The notes beneath the pieces are model-generated. The model did not search any database. It worked only from the letters and a program-made list of their open reading frames with translations, and had not been told where the DNA came from. The position numbers were made by a program, and so were the translations under genes. 64,000 nucleotides of DNA from an uncultured bacterium (GTDB lineage Bacteria > Hydrothermota > UBA3073 > NMUJ01 > CBEVQO01), in the NCBI GenBank assembly GCA_965552055.1, contig CBEVQO010000007.1:1-64000 (forward strand), written 5' to 3'. How positions within the stretch are numbered: the first letter of the stretch is position 1; each line of letters opens with the position of its first letter. This document shows, piece by piece, positions 29,613-40,200 of the stretch.

Positions 29613-30497
29613 ATGAATAGACAAACTTTAAGAGATATTTTGAAATCAAAAATAGAGCATCTGTATGGAACGCAATTCAACGAGATAGTTGATGGCATTT
29701 TTTCCATACTTTATGGAGAAAATTATAAATCTATTAAACAAAAAAAAGATTTAGGTAGTGATGGAATTATTGAAACTGAAAAAGTATGTTTGGCATGCTA
29801 TGCTCCTGAAAGATATGATAAGCAAAAATTTGAGAAAAAAGTGGATGAAGATTATAGAAAATATGAAAAAAATTACATGAGATTAGGATATAAATGGCGC
29901 TTTATTACCAATCAAAAGTTATTAGGTAGTATGGTTACCTACATCAAAAACAAGATTACCAATGCTGATATTTGGGGGATAGAAGAATTAATAAACTTTA
30001 TTTTAAACTCGCTCCCCAGCAAAAGAAGAAAAATATTATCGGAGATATTTTCTTTATCTCCTGAACTTATTGAATTCGACTTTGTGGAAGAAGTAATAGA
30101 AGAGATCTCAAAATTGAAGGATGAAATATCGGATTATCATCCCCAATATGACCTCCCTAAAGACACTTTGAAAAAAATAGAAAAGAATTTTTCAGATGAA
30201 GATATTGAAATAGTAAAAAGAAAATTTATCCATTTTTATGCGGAACATATTGGTTACTTGCAAAAGGTTTTAAAGTCATTAGATGATGATTTCATTTCAA
30301 ATTTAAAAATGGCGGTTTTAAGAGAATATCAAATTCTTGATGAGAAATTGACTTTTAAAGGAAAATTTGAGTATTTAGTAAATAGATTTTCCTCAAAATA
30401 TCCTAACGACCAAGAATACAAAAATTATGTTGAACTCATTTTATTATATTTCTTTGAACAATGCCTTATTGGGACCAAACCGGAGGTGAATAAGTGA
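29613..30497 (+). CDS. Lamassu/ABC-3C effector: restriction-endonuclease-like N-domain + CTD (LmuA-like)
   Basis: DLGSDG...CYAPE nuclease-like motif; C-terminal LYFFEQCLIG; first of three overlapping genes. Confidence 0.75.
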   Translation: MNRQTLRDILKSKIEHLYGTQFNEIVDGIFSILYGENYKSIKQKKDLGSDGIIETEKVCLACYAPERYDKQKFEKKVDEDYRKYEKNYMRLGYKWRFITNQKLLGSMVTYIKNKITNADIWGIEELINFILNSLPSKRRKILSEIFSLSPELIEFDFVEEVIEEISKLKDEISDYHPQYDLPKDTLKKIEKNFSDEDIEIVKRKFIHFYAEHIGYLQKVLKSLDDDFISNLKMAVLREYQILDEKLTFKGKFEYLVNRFSSKYPNDQEYKNYVELILLYFFEQCLIGTKPEVNK

Positions 30498-30754
30498 TAC
30501 TTCCCGAACCTGAGTCAGATTTGCGAATGAACATATTAATATTAGGCAATGAGATACTTGGTGAACTTATAAAAAATAATAATGCAATGTTTATTGAGGA
30601 TTTACTAATAAAATTTTTGAAAAAAGATATCAAGAGAACGCCCAAATTATTCATGGATGCAATAACAACTTTGTATGCCTTGGACCTGATTGATATAAAG
30701 GGTTACAAGATAAAGGTGGTGAAGCATGATAAGGCTCAAAAGACTTTATTCTGA
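30494..30754 (+). CDS. Lamassu/ABC-3C small middle component (LmuC-like)
   Basis: 86 aa between effector and ATPase; FMDAITTLYALDLI. Confidence 0.75.
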   Translation: MILPEPESDLRMNILILGNEILGELIKNNNAMFIEDLLIKFLKKDIKRTPKLFMDAITTLYALDLIDIKGYKIKVVKHDKAQKTLF

Positions 30755-32493
30755 AACGGGCTTGTTTGATGAAGTTAAATTCAAAGAAGGACTAAACATA
30801 GTTTTGGGAAAATATTCATCTACCAGAAAAGAAATAAATGGCATAGGAAAATCAACTCTTATCAGACTGATAGATTACTGCCTTCTTTCCCAGACCTCTA
30901 AAAATAAATTTTTCAATGTGAAAACATTCCCATTTTTGGATAACCACAATGTAGTATTGGAATTTTTCATAGGAAATGAACTTTATTTTATAAAGAGATG
31001 GTTTAATAAAAAAGAAATTCTTTTTGGTAAAATAGATAATACAAATGTACATGAATACTCCGAAAAAGAATTGAAATCGGTATTGGGAGATATCTTTTTT
31101 AAGGCATATAATAATACCTACTATGAAAACAAATGGTTTAGAAGTTTAATTAAATTTTTTATAAAAGACGATCTTAACCATCAAGAAAGAAAAGTCCCAT
31201 ACAATTTCTTGCATCCAAATCTTACTAAAAATCTTATTATTGTCTACAATTTCTATTTAATCGGCCTACCTAACAAAAATCTATACCAACTTGAAATGTT
31301 AAAACGAGAATTACAAGAACGTAAAAAAGTCCAAAATAGAATAATTGAAGGATTAGAAAAAGAAACAGGAAAACATCTTCAAGAAGTAAGGTCAGAGCTT
31401 AGAGAAATAAAAGAAAAGATCCAAGCACTTGAAAATGCGATAAAAGATTACAATTTTATAAATACCTATAAAGATATTGAAGATCAAATCAGCTATTTAA
31501 CTAATAAAATTTCTAAAAAATTACTTGAAATACAAAAAATACAAAGAAAATTGGACCTTCTCCAAGAAAGTTATTCTGTCAATATTGAAGTGGATATTAG
31601 AGAATCTATAAAATTTTATAACATGTTGAATGCTCAATTAGGGAACTTTTTAAAAAAGACCTTGGATGAAGTTATAAGATTTAGAAAAGCTATCGCAGAT
31701 AATAGAAAAAAATATTTAGCAGAACGAGAAAGAGAGCTTAAAGACAAATTAAATGAACTTTGGAACGAATATTATAAGCTGGAGAATGAACGCAGGAGAT
31801 TATATAAAATTTTAGATACAAAAGGTAAATTTGATATAATTAAAGAAACTTACAAAAAATTACTTGAAGAAGGAACGGCTTATCAACACATAGAAAATGT
31901 TATTAGACAAATTGATAAGTTAAGTGATGAAATTTGGAAAATCGAAGAGGAAATGACCGAGTTACATTTTACAATTGTAAAAGAGTTGAGAGAAAACTCT
32001 GAAGAGATTAATAAACTTGGCGTAAGTTTTAGGGAAACAGTTAAAGATTGCACTGCTACAAGTGAAGGTAGTTATCTGGCTATAGAATACACAAACAAAA
32101 AAGAAAATCCTGTTGATATAAAGGTTGATATCCCCAAATCTCTCTCCTATGGTAGAGAAAGGCTAAAAATTTTAGTTTATGATTTAACCATCTTTAAAGA
32201 AAGATTTAACCATCTTTAAAGAAATTTTAAAACATAAAAGACCCATGCCGCATTTTTTGATTCATGACGGAGTGCTTCATGGCATAGACCTGAAGACTAA
32301 AATACGAATCCTTAACTATGTTTATAAATTATTAAAAACGAGCAATAATCAAGCACAATATATACTAACACTCAATGAGGGAGATGTCATGAGTGAATAC
32401 GAAGAAGAAAAATTATTATTTAACTTAAATGAACATATCATCATCAGGTATGAAGACAATCCTGAAAAGATGATATTCAAGAAGGAGTTTTGA
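30726..32493 (+). pseudogene. Lamassu SMC-like ABC ATPase (LmuB/DUF2326-like), frameshifted; 581 aa if repaired
   Basis: Walker A NGIGKST and coiled coil in 30726-32219; Walker B FLIHDG in 32245-32493; the two join in frame when one 22-bp duplicate is removed. Confidence 0.88.
32181..32224 (+). repeat. Perfect 22-bp tandem duplication
   Basis: GATTTAACCATCTTTAAAGAAA at 32181-32202 and 32203-32224. Confidence 0.98.
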
Positions 32494-32576
32494 TGTAATG
32501 GATGATACTAAAAACAAGATTTTTTATATACTTTTGCGACGGCGGGCACTTTCGCAACCCTTCGGCTTACGCCCTC

Positions 32577-32664
32577 ACTTAACAAGCGGGTATCTGGTTT
32601 TGCTACGCTTCGCCCAAATCCTTCGCTGCCGCTCAGGACCTCGAATACCCGCTTACCGTTAGGT
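32577..32664 (+). mobile_element. Integron attC site (88 bp)
   Basis: RYYYAAC (ACTTAAC) and GTTRRRY (GTTAGGT) ends; arms AAGCGGGTAT/ATACCCGCTT; GC-rich central loop. Confidence 0.85.
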
Positions 32665-32704
32665 GAAATAGATAGATATTAAATAATAAAATCAAAGGAG
32701 TTTA

Positions 32705-33066
32705 ATGAAAGCAATTTTTATATCTCAAGAATTATGATGTCAAACCAACCAACACTTACTGGCACTTTTTCGATTGAATTAAAAGGGAAAAATAAAAAAT
32801 CTGTTTTTATAGAAGGTGCCCCTGATTTGCTTAATTTAATTGCTAATATTTTGATTGATAAGAAAGGAAAAGCTTGGAAGGAGATAAAAGAAACACTTAT
32901 TCCAGAGAGTATGCCTATTCTCAATAAACATAAAACAGAAATTATAAATAATGTGCAAAATATAAGAAGCACAATTTCACAACTCAAAAATGAAATAGAC
33001 CAAATAGTTTACCGCCTTTATGGAGTGAATAAATCAGAAATTAAAATTATAGAGGGAAAAAACTAA
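32705..33066 (+). pseudogene. Deleted cassette remnant ending in a type IIG restriction-modification-like C-terminus
   Basis: RBS + ATG at 32705 opens only 10 codons; the overlapping frame ends EIDQIVYRLYGVNKSEIKIIE; no methyltransferase motifs remain. Confidence 0.6.
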
Positions 33067-33132
33067 TGTACTCATCAAAGTTGTCGAAACTATAACTCCC
33101 TTGACTTTCCCACATGGGGAATAAATTTATGG

Positions 33133-34215
33133 ATGATATTGAGAAGGTATATTTTCTTTGAGTTTTTGCCAAATTTTTTTCTGGGTGTTTTTGTTCTTAC
33201 AGGTATCCTTATAATGAGTCAAATTTTCTCGATTATATGGGAGATTGTTGGGAAAGGTTTGCATGCTTTTACCGTTCTTAAAATCCTCTATTTTGCTTTG
33301 CCTCAAATTCTTTCTTTTTCTATTCCTTCTGCTGTTATGATTGGTGTTGTCATGGGTATCGGTAGATTATCACATGATAACGAAATCGTAGCAATGGAAG
33401 CTGCAGGTTACAATCCCATCAACCTTTTCATTCAGGTATTCACATTTTCCTTTTTTATCTTTTGTTTTTTAATATGGTTTTGCGGATTTTTTACACCAAA
33501 TTCAAATTATAAATTGAGGTCTCTTTATTTTGAAATCGCAAAGAAAAAACCTGTTTTCAGATTAAAAGCTTTCTGCAAATGCGAAAATTTATCGGGATAT
33601 GATATCTTCCCGAGAGATGTAAATTACAGAACTCAGGAAGTTAAAAACATAACGATTTATGATAGAAAAGAAAAAAGATTTATTTTTGCAAAATACTGCA
33701 AAGTTTATTCTTCTCCTGATTTTATAATTTTAAAACTGCGTGATGGATGGATCGAAGAAGGAAATTTTGAAGAATTCGAAAGGATAAGATTTAAAACTTA
33801 CACCCTGAAGATAAAATACGGCGAAAAAGAAAGGAAAACAAAGTTATCGAAAATTGACGATGAACTTACACTTTTTGAGTTGTGGAAAAGAATTAAGAAA
33901 GAAAAAAAGAAAAGGGGTCGAATTTTCACATATAGATTGAGGAGATATTTTACAGAATTTCACAAAAAAATATCCCTTTCTTTCAGTGCTTTTGTTCTTG
34001 CTCTTACCGGTTTATTACTTTCTTTGAGGTTTCGTCGTGCAGGTAAGATTTATGGCTTTGGAATATCCGTTCCTTTCTTTTTGTTTTATTATTCTGCTTT
34101 CGTGGGGATGGAGGGACTCGGGGATAGGGGGGTCATCTCCCCTGCTTTTGCAATGTGGTTACCAAATTTAATTGTGCTAATTTTCTCCTTTATTCTATAT
34201 AAGTGGAAAAGTTAA
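33133..34215 (+). CDS. lptF: LPS export permease, LptF/LptG family (LptF-like)
   Basis: GRLSHDNEIVAMEAAG, EFHKKISL, AMWLPN. Confidence 0.82.
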   Translation: MILRRYIFFEFLPNFFLGVFVLTGILIMSQIFSIIWEIVGKGLHAFTVLKILYFALPQILSFSIPSAVMIGVVMGIGRLSHDNEIVAMEAAGYNPINLFIQVFTFSFFIFCFLIWFCGFFTPNSNYKLRSLYFEIAKKKPVFRLKAFCKCENLSGYDIFPRDVNYRTQEVKNITIYDRKEKRFIFAKYCKVYSSPDFIILKLRDGWIEEGNFEEFERIRFKTYTLKIKYGEKERKTKLSKIDDELTLFELWKRIKKEKKKRGRIFTYRLRRYFTEFHKKISLSFSAFVLALTGLLLSLRFRRAGKIYGFGISVPFFLFYYSAFVGMEGLGDRGVISPAFAMWLPNLIVLIFSFILYKWKS

Positions 34216-34661
34216 TCTATCTCAAAACCGTATTTTTGTGGATTTTCCATTAAATCTTTAATTGCTTTCATGAATGGGTTAAAATCTTCCAATTTTTCTC
34301 TTAATATCTTGTAAATTTCTTCTGGGGTTATATCTGCGTAAAAGTGGGTTAACCTGTTTCTATATCCTGCCATTTTTACGAGTTTATCTTTTGCATAATC
34401 TTCATCAACTATCCCCATTTCTCCCAATTTTATCGCAATATCTTTGTAATGAACCACTCTGTTTCCTGTTTTGCGTGAAACAATATGAGCTCCTATATTG
34501 AAAACGCCTTCCAATGCTCTTCTCAAATAAAATTGTGCTAATGCAAAGTTATCCTCTTCTTTGAATTCCTCAAAATCTTTTTCTGCTAACTTTTTTAACT
34601 TTTCAAGGTCATGCTGTATTCCATCCAGTCGAGGCAAAATTACTTCTTTCTTAATTTTCAT
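34212..34661 (-). CDS. hepT: HEPN (DUF86) RNase toxin, type VII TA
   Basis: RX4HXY motif RNRLTHFY; downstream of the MNT gene. Confidence 0.88.
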   Translation of the reverse strand: MKIKKEVILPRLDGIQHDLEKLKKLAEKDFEEFKEEDNFALAQFYLRRALEGVFNIGAHIVSRKTGNRVVHYKDIAIKLGEMGIVDEDYAKDKLVKMAGYRNRLTHFYADITPEEIYKILREKLEDFNPFMKAIKDLMENPQKYGFEID

Positions 34662-35080
34662 TTTATCCTCTCGAGTATCGCTTTATCAAATATTTTTAAA
34701 ATAGGTTGAAAGTCCGCAAATAATAAGATAACTCTATCTTCGTATTTCACTCTAAAATCAAAATCTTTTTCATAAATTAAAATTCCTTCTGCAACAGCTG
34801 CTGACTGAATGTTTAAAGGTGCTTTTTGAAGAAAAACTATATCTATCTTATCCTGATATTCTGGCAAAATATCTGTTAAAATATCGTAAATTTTGGCATA
34901 CAAATCAAAAGAACTTTGCAAAATTTTTTTATCGGTGAATACTATCCCGATGTCTATGTCGGATAAAGGGGTTTGTGTTCCTTCTGCATAAGAGCCGAAA
35001 AGATAAATCAATCCAATTTTTAACTCATCTAAATTATAATTTTTAAGTCCCTTTTTTAATTTTTCCACTATTTCCATCAT
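34658..35080 (-). CDS. mntA: Minimal nucleotidyltransferase antitoxin
   Basis: LFGSYAEG..SDIDIG (GSX10DXD) and IDIVFL. Confidence 0.88.
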   Translation of the reverse strand: MMEIVEKLKKGLKNYNLDELKIGLIYLFGSYAEGTQTPLSDIDIGIVFTDKKILQSSFDLYAKIYDILTDILPEYQDKIDIVFLQKAPLNIQSAAVAEGILIYEKDFDFRVKYEDRVILLFADFQPILKIFDKAILERIK

Positions 35081-35159
35081 TTATTATAATTATGATTTTG
35101 AAGTGTCAAGTTGATTTACATTTTATCTTGACTTTTTCAATTAGCATGTATAATAAAGG

Positions 35160-35657
35160 ATGGGAGTATTGATTTTCATAGGATTAATTTGTGCCACTGA
35201 ACTCGATAGAATAGAAAAACGATTGGAAAGAATGGAAGAGAAAATGGTTACAAGAGAGGAATTCAAACTGTTTGTCGAGATGACAAACAAAAGATTTACT
35301 GACCTGCAAAACTATATGGATAAAAGATTTGAGGATATCTATAAAAGGTTTGAGGATATGAACAGGAGATTTATAGACCTTCAGAATTATATGGATAAAA
35401 GATTTGAGGATATGAATAAAAGGTTTGAGGATATTATGAAGATTTTGAGTGCGATTATTGGGCTTATTGGTGCCATGATCGGGATACTTATTTATCTTGC
35501 TGTCATGATTGGTAGAGTATCGAGGGAGATTGCCGAAATAAAGAGGATAAAGCCCATCGACAGGGAAACTCTGCGTGAATTCCTGCCACGCTTCATCGAA
35601 GCAATAAAAGAATATCCAGATATAAGAAAAGAACTCGTTGAGGCATTGAAAGGATGA
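35160..35657 (+). CDS. Membrane-anchored coiled-coil repeat protein, copy 1
   Basis: KRFEDMN-type 7/11-aa repeats followed by a transmembrane helix. Confidence 0.8.
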   Translation: MGVLIFIGLICATELDRIEKRLERMEEKMVTREEFKLFVEMTNKRFTDLQNYMDKRFEDIYKRFEDMNRRFIDLQNYMDKRFEDMNKRFEDIMKILSAIIGLIGAMIGILIYLAVMIGRVSREIAEIKRIKPIDRETLREFLPRFIEAIKEYPDIRKELVEALKG

Positions 35658-36079
35658 TGTGTGCATTTATCCTGATAGGCTTAATTTTAGCAAACGAACT
35701 CAATAAAATAGAAAAACGATTGGAAAGAATGGAAGAGAAAATGGTTACAAGAGAGGAATTTAAATTATTTGTTGAAATGACAAATCAAAGATTTATTGAC
35801 CTTCGAAACTATATGGATAAAAGATTTGAGGATATGAATAAGAGGTTTGAGGATATTATGAAGATTTTGAGTGCGATTATTGGGCTTATTGGTGCTATGA
35901 TTGGAATACTTATTTATCTTGCTGTCATGATTGGTAGGGTATCGAGGGAGATTGCCGAAATAAAGAGGATAAAGCCCATCGACAGGGAAACTCTGCGTGA
36001 ATTCTTACCTCGATTCATTGAAGCAATTAAAGAATATCCCGATATAAGAAAAGAACTCGTTGAGGCATTGAAAGGATAA
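35654..36079 (+). CDS. Membrane-anchored coiled-coil repeat protein, copy 2
   Basis: Tandem paralogue; last 90 aa identical to copy 1; lacks one 25-aa module. Confidence 0.8.
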   Translation: MMCAFILIGLILANELNKIEKRLERMEEKMVTREEFKLFVEMTNQRFIDLRNYMDKRFEDMNKRFEDIMKILSAIIGLIGAMIGILIYLAVMIGRVSREIAEIKRIKPIDRETLREFLPRFIEAIKEYPDIRKELVEALKG

Positions 36080-36109
36080 TTTGCGAGGGCTTGCCCGAGC
36101 ACATTACAT

Positions 36110-37210
36110 ATGGGTTATAAAGGTAGGCTAAAAATAATAGATAAATATTTAATCAGAGAATATTTTAAAGGTGTCCTTATTGCTTCTTCTGGCATAACTC
36201 TCATTTATTTAATTTTTGATGCTTTTGAGCGTATCCACTATTTTATCTCGAAAAATGTCAAATTTATTTATATTCTTGAGTATTATGGACTTTTATTTCC
36301 CTGGGTTTTATTTTCGATGATGCTACCACTTGCATCTATCCTTGCCTGTTTTATGTCAATCGGTGTTCTTTCGCGCAATAGAGAAACAATTGCTTTGCGT
36401 GCACTCGGAGTGCGTAATTTCCGCATTTTCTTACCCATATTCTTTTGTGGTGCCATGCTTTCTCTTTTGAACTTTGTGCTTCTTGACAAAGTAGGTGCTC
36501 CTTTTTATCGTCTTTCTTATGAATTTGAATTGAGAAGGATTAAAAAAATTCGCCGTCCACGCTTTATGAGGAGATTCAATGTTTATTATCAGGGTGAAGG
36601 AAGATTTTATAGAATTAGGATGGTTGACCCTCAAAAGAACAAACTTTCCGATATTACGATTTGTGAGTTTGACAGTGCTTTTAATTTGCTACGCAGGATT
36701 GATGCCAAAATCGGGTATTTTGATTCTACTTTCCTTGTGCTACAAAAAGGTGCTTTGCGTGAAGTTTATGGAAACTCCGAGAAAATAGTTGAATTTAAGG
36801 AAATGAAATTGAGAGTTAAAGAAAAAATTACCGATTTTTCTAAAGAAACTTTGCCTGTTGATGCTATGGATTTAAATGAATTACAGGAATTCATAAGAAG
36901 GATTAGATTGAGCGGTGAAGAGCCATCTAAGATTTTGATAGATTATTATCTGCGATATGCTCTGCCCTGTACATGTGTCATCTCTGCTGGCTTTGGTGCA
37001 CCTCTTGCCGATATGGTTTATAAAATTGGACTCGGTGGAGGAATTGCACTTTCTCTATTTTTCGCCTTCCTGTACTGGGGAATAATTCAGCTTGGCAAAG
37101 CGTTATCGAAAGCCGGCTTTCTAAATCCCGTGTTAGGTGCATGGTTACCCAACTTTATTTTTTTACTCGTTGGGATTTTCATTTTAATAAGAAGTAAGGA
37201 AATAGGATGA
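36110..37210 (+). CDS. lptG: LPS export permease, LptF/LptG family (LptG-like)
   Basis: IIDKYLIRE, LSRNRETIALRALG, GAWLPN. Confidence 0.82.
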   Translation: MGYKGRLKIIDKYLIREYFKGVLIASSGITLIYLIFDAFERIHYFISKNVKFIYILEYYGLLFPWVLFSMMLPLASILACFMSIGVLSRNRETIALRALGVRNFRIFLPIFFCGAMLSLLNFVLLDKVGAPFYRLSYEFELRRIKKIRRPRFMRRFNVYYQGEGRFYRIRMVDPQKNKLSDITICEFDSAFNLLRRIDAKIGYFDSTFLVLQKGALREVYGNSEKIVEFKEMKLRVKEKITDFSKETLPVDAMDLNELQEFIRRIRLSGEEPSKILIDYYLRYALPCTCVISAGFGAPLADMVYKIGLGGGIALSLFFAFLYWGIIQLGKALSKAGFLNPVLGAWLPNFIFLLVGIFILIRSKEIG

Positions 37211-40200
37211 AGTGTCCTAAATGTGGCTTTGACAATCCTTCCAATTTTAAGTTTTGTGGAAATTGTGGTACATCGCTGATTGAAAAAGAAATCCCCCGTA
37301 TGCCTGTTGAACTTAAGAGGAAAATTGATTTTGAGCGTGAAAGATTAAAGGGAGCAAGGAAGAAAGTTGCTGTTATGTTTGCAGATGTTTCGGGTTTTAC
37401 CTCTTTATGCGAAAAACTTGACCCCGAAGAAGTAACAAATTTAATGAACAATCTTTTTGAAAGATTCGGCGAAATAATTTACAGATATGAAGGATATATT
37501 GACAAATATATTGGTGATTGTGTTATGGCACTTTTTGGTGCTCCTATTTCACATGAAGATGATGCACTTCGTGCGGTACTGTGTGCAATTGACATGATGT
37601 CCGAGGTAAAGCAATTTGAAGGCTTATCTTTATCTATCGGGATAAATTTTGGTGAAGTAGTTGCAGGTGGAGTAGGTTCACATCACAAACTCCAATATAC
37701 TGTTATGGGAGATACAGTAAATCTTGCTCAGCGCTTACAATCTGTAGCAGGGGCAGGCGAAATTTATGTGAGTGAAAAAATTTACGAACTTACTAAATCC
37801 GAAATAGAATATGAAAAATTGCCTCCTTTGAAGTTAAAAGGAAAATCTTATTTAATAACTGCTTTTAAACCCGTTAAGGTAAAAGCAAAACATATGCTCA
37901 GAAGGATAAAAGAAATACCAATGATAGGCAGAGACAAGGAAATGGAAATTTTATTGAAGCTTTATGAAGATGTTAAAAGAGGCGAAAGTCGTGTTGTCTC
38001 AATCACAGGTGAAGCTGGTATTGGCAAATCCAAACTTGCTAATGAATTTGTTAATAAAATTTTGGAAGATAAAATAACTCTCATCGAAACAAGAGGAATT
38101 GATTATTTAAAAAATGCAGAATTATGGACTTTAAAGGATTTTTTACGCAAACTCATTAAAATAGAAGAAAAAGACCCTTCAGCAATATCACAAAAAATCG
38201 AATCGTTCATCAAAAAATACAATCAACCTGAAATTCTCACAAGAATTTTAAAATGGATGCTCGGCGGAGAAATAAGCGAAATTGAAAAGAGAAGTATTGA
38301 ACAGATAGAAAAAGATAACAGAAATTACATTCTTTTCAGAGGATTATCACTAATTCTTAAAAATATCGCAAAATTTCCCCTTATTTTAATATTTGATGAT
38401 GTGCAATGGATTGACATTAATACAAGAGAATTTTTATCTTTTCTTATTAAATCAATAGAAAAATCAAAAATAATGCTGATATTGATTCAGCGTCCATATT
38501 CTGACTATATCCTTCCTGAACTTGAACATTGTGTTTATATAAATTTACAACCACTGAAGAAAAAAGAGGTTGAAAAACTTGCTTCCGCCATTATAAAGTC
38601 AAATAAGATAGACGAAAAATTGGAAAAAATTCTAATAGAAAGAAGCGAAGGAAATCCTTTTTATCTTGAAGAATTTGTTACAATGCTTTTAAACAGTAAT
38701 CTAATTGATATAGAAGGAAATGTAGCAAAGTTAAAAGGAGAAATCAAAAATATACCAATTAAACTTGAGGAACTAATTCTCGCAAAAGTTGATAAACTGG
38801 ACGATGAATCAAAATATATTCTTGAACTCGCTTCGGTAATAGGACATGAATTTTCTACAAAATTACTCGAAAATCTAACAGAATATGCCATAAATATAAA
38901 AAGCGTTTTGAAAAATATCGAAAATAAAGGTCTTATTGAAAATATAACAAAAGATTTATCAAAAATTCTCGAAGGCGATGAAGAATATGCTTTCAAACAC
39001 ATAATAATCCGTGATGTTATTTACAATACAATCTTGAAAAGTTTAAGAAAAGATTATCACAGGAAAGTGGCAAATGCCATTGAAAATATTTATAAAGATA
39101 ACATCGAAAATTACTACGAGTTGCTAATCCATCATTTTAAAATTGGTGAAGAAAAAGAAAAGTATATGAAATATCTTTTGAAATTCGGTGAAAAAATGTC
39201 AAAAGAAGGAAATTACAAAAAGGCAGAGGAATTATATGAAGAATGGATGCGGAACTATGGGAATCTACATGCCGGAGAAGAAGGCATAAGTAATTTGATA
39301 AAATTAATAGGAATTAAGACAAAATTAGCAAAATATAAAGAAGTTGAAGAGATATTCGAAAAAATTGAAAGAGATTATAAAGATTTGTTAAAAGACGACA
39401 TCCTTATTGAATTTTTGCTGGAAAAAAGCTGGTTTGAAGGTGAAACGGGTAAATACGATAAAATGCTGGAAACAGGTGAAGAATGTCTCAGATTAATAGA
39501 AAAATCGAAGCATAATGAAGAAACAAAATCAAATTGTCTTAATAACATTGGAAGGGCTTATCGTCTCAAGGGCGAATACAAAAAGGCTATTGAATGCTAT
39601 GAAAAAGCACTTGAAATAAGATTAAAAATAACAGGTGAAAATCATCCAGATACCGCTACAATTTACAATAACATAGGGGAAGCATATTATTACAAAGGAG
39701 AATATGATAGAGCAATTGAATTTTATAAAAAGGCAGTAAAGATAAGGGCTCAAACATTGGGCGAAATGCATCCTGATATTGCCACAAGTTACAACGATAT
39801 TGGAATGGCTTATTTTTACAAAGGAGAATATGATAAAGCAATAGAATGTTATAAAAAAGCGGTAAAAATAAGAATCCATACATTGGGTGAAATGCATCCT
39901 TACACTGCTTCAAGTTATAATAACATAGGAGTAGCATATTACGGAAAAGGAGAACATGATAAATCTATCGAATATTACCAAAAAGCTTTAAAAATAAGAT
40001 TAAAAACATTGGGAGAAACACATCCTGACATTGCTGCGAGTTATAATAATATTGGAGGAGCATATCAATCAAAGGGTGACCATGATAAGGCAATTAAATA
40101 TTTTGAAAAAGCAGTTGAGATAGAATTGAAAACATTAGGAGAAATTCATCCGAATACTGCTATAACCTATAATAATATAGGTGAATCTTATCATTTGAAA

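Larger units (their letters stand above)
29573..32658 (+). mobile_element. Integron gene cassette (3086 bp) carrying a Lamassu/ABC-3C system
   Basis: Leading core G/TTAAGT is the exact complement of the attC inverse core ACTTAAC (32577); visibly more AT-rich than its flanks. Confidence 0.82.

Noticed and set aside
32245..32493. Independent fourth gene of the defence system
   Set aside because: It is the Walker B half of the frameshifted ATPase.
35280..35860. Short AAAAGATTTGAGGATAT repeats as a CRISPR array or DGR template/variable pair
   Set aside because: They are in-frame coding repeats with no unique spacers, cas genes or reverse transcriptase; differences are synonymous, not adenine-specific.
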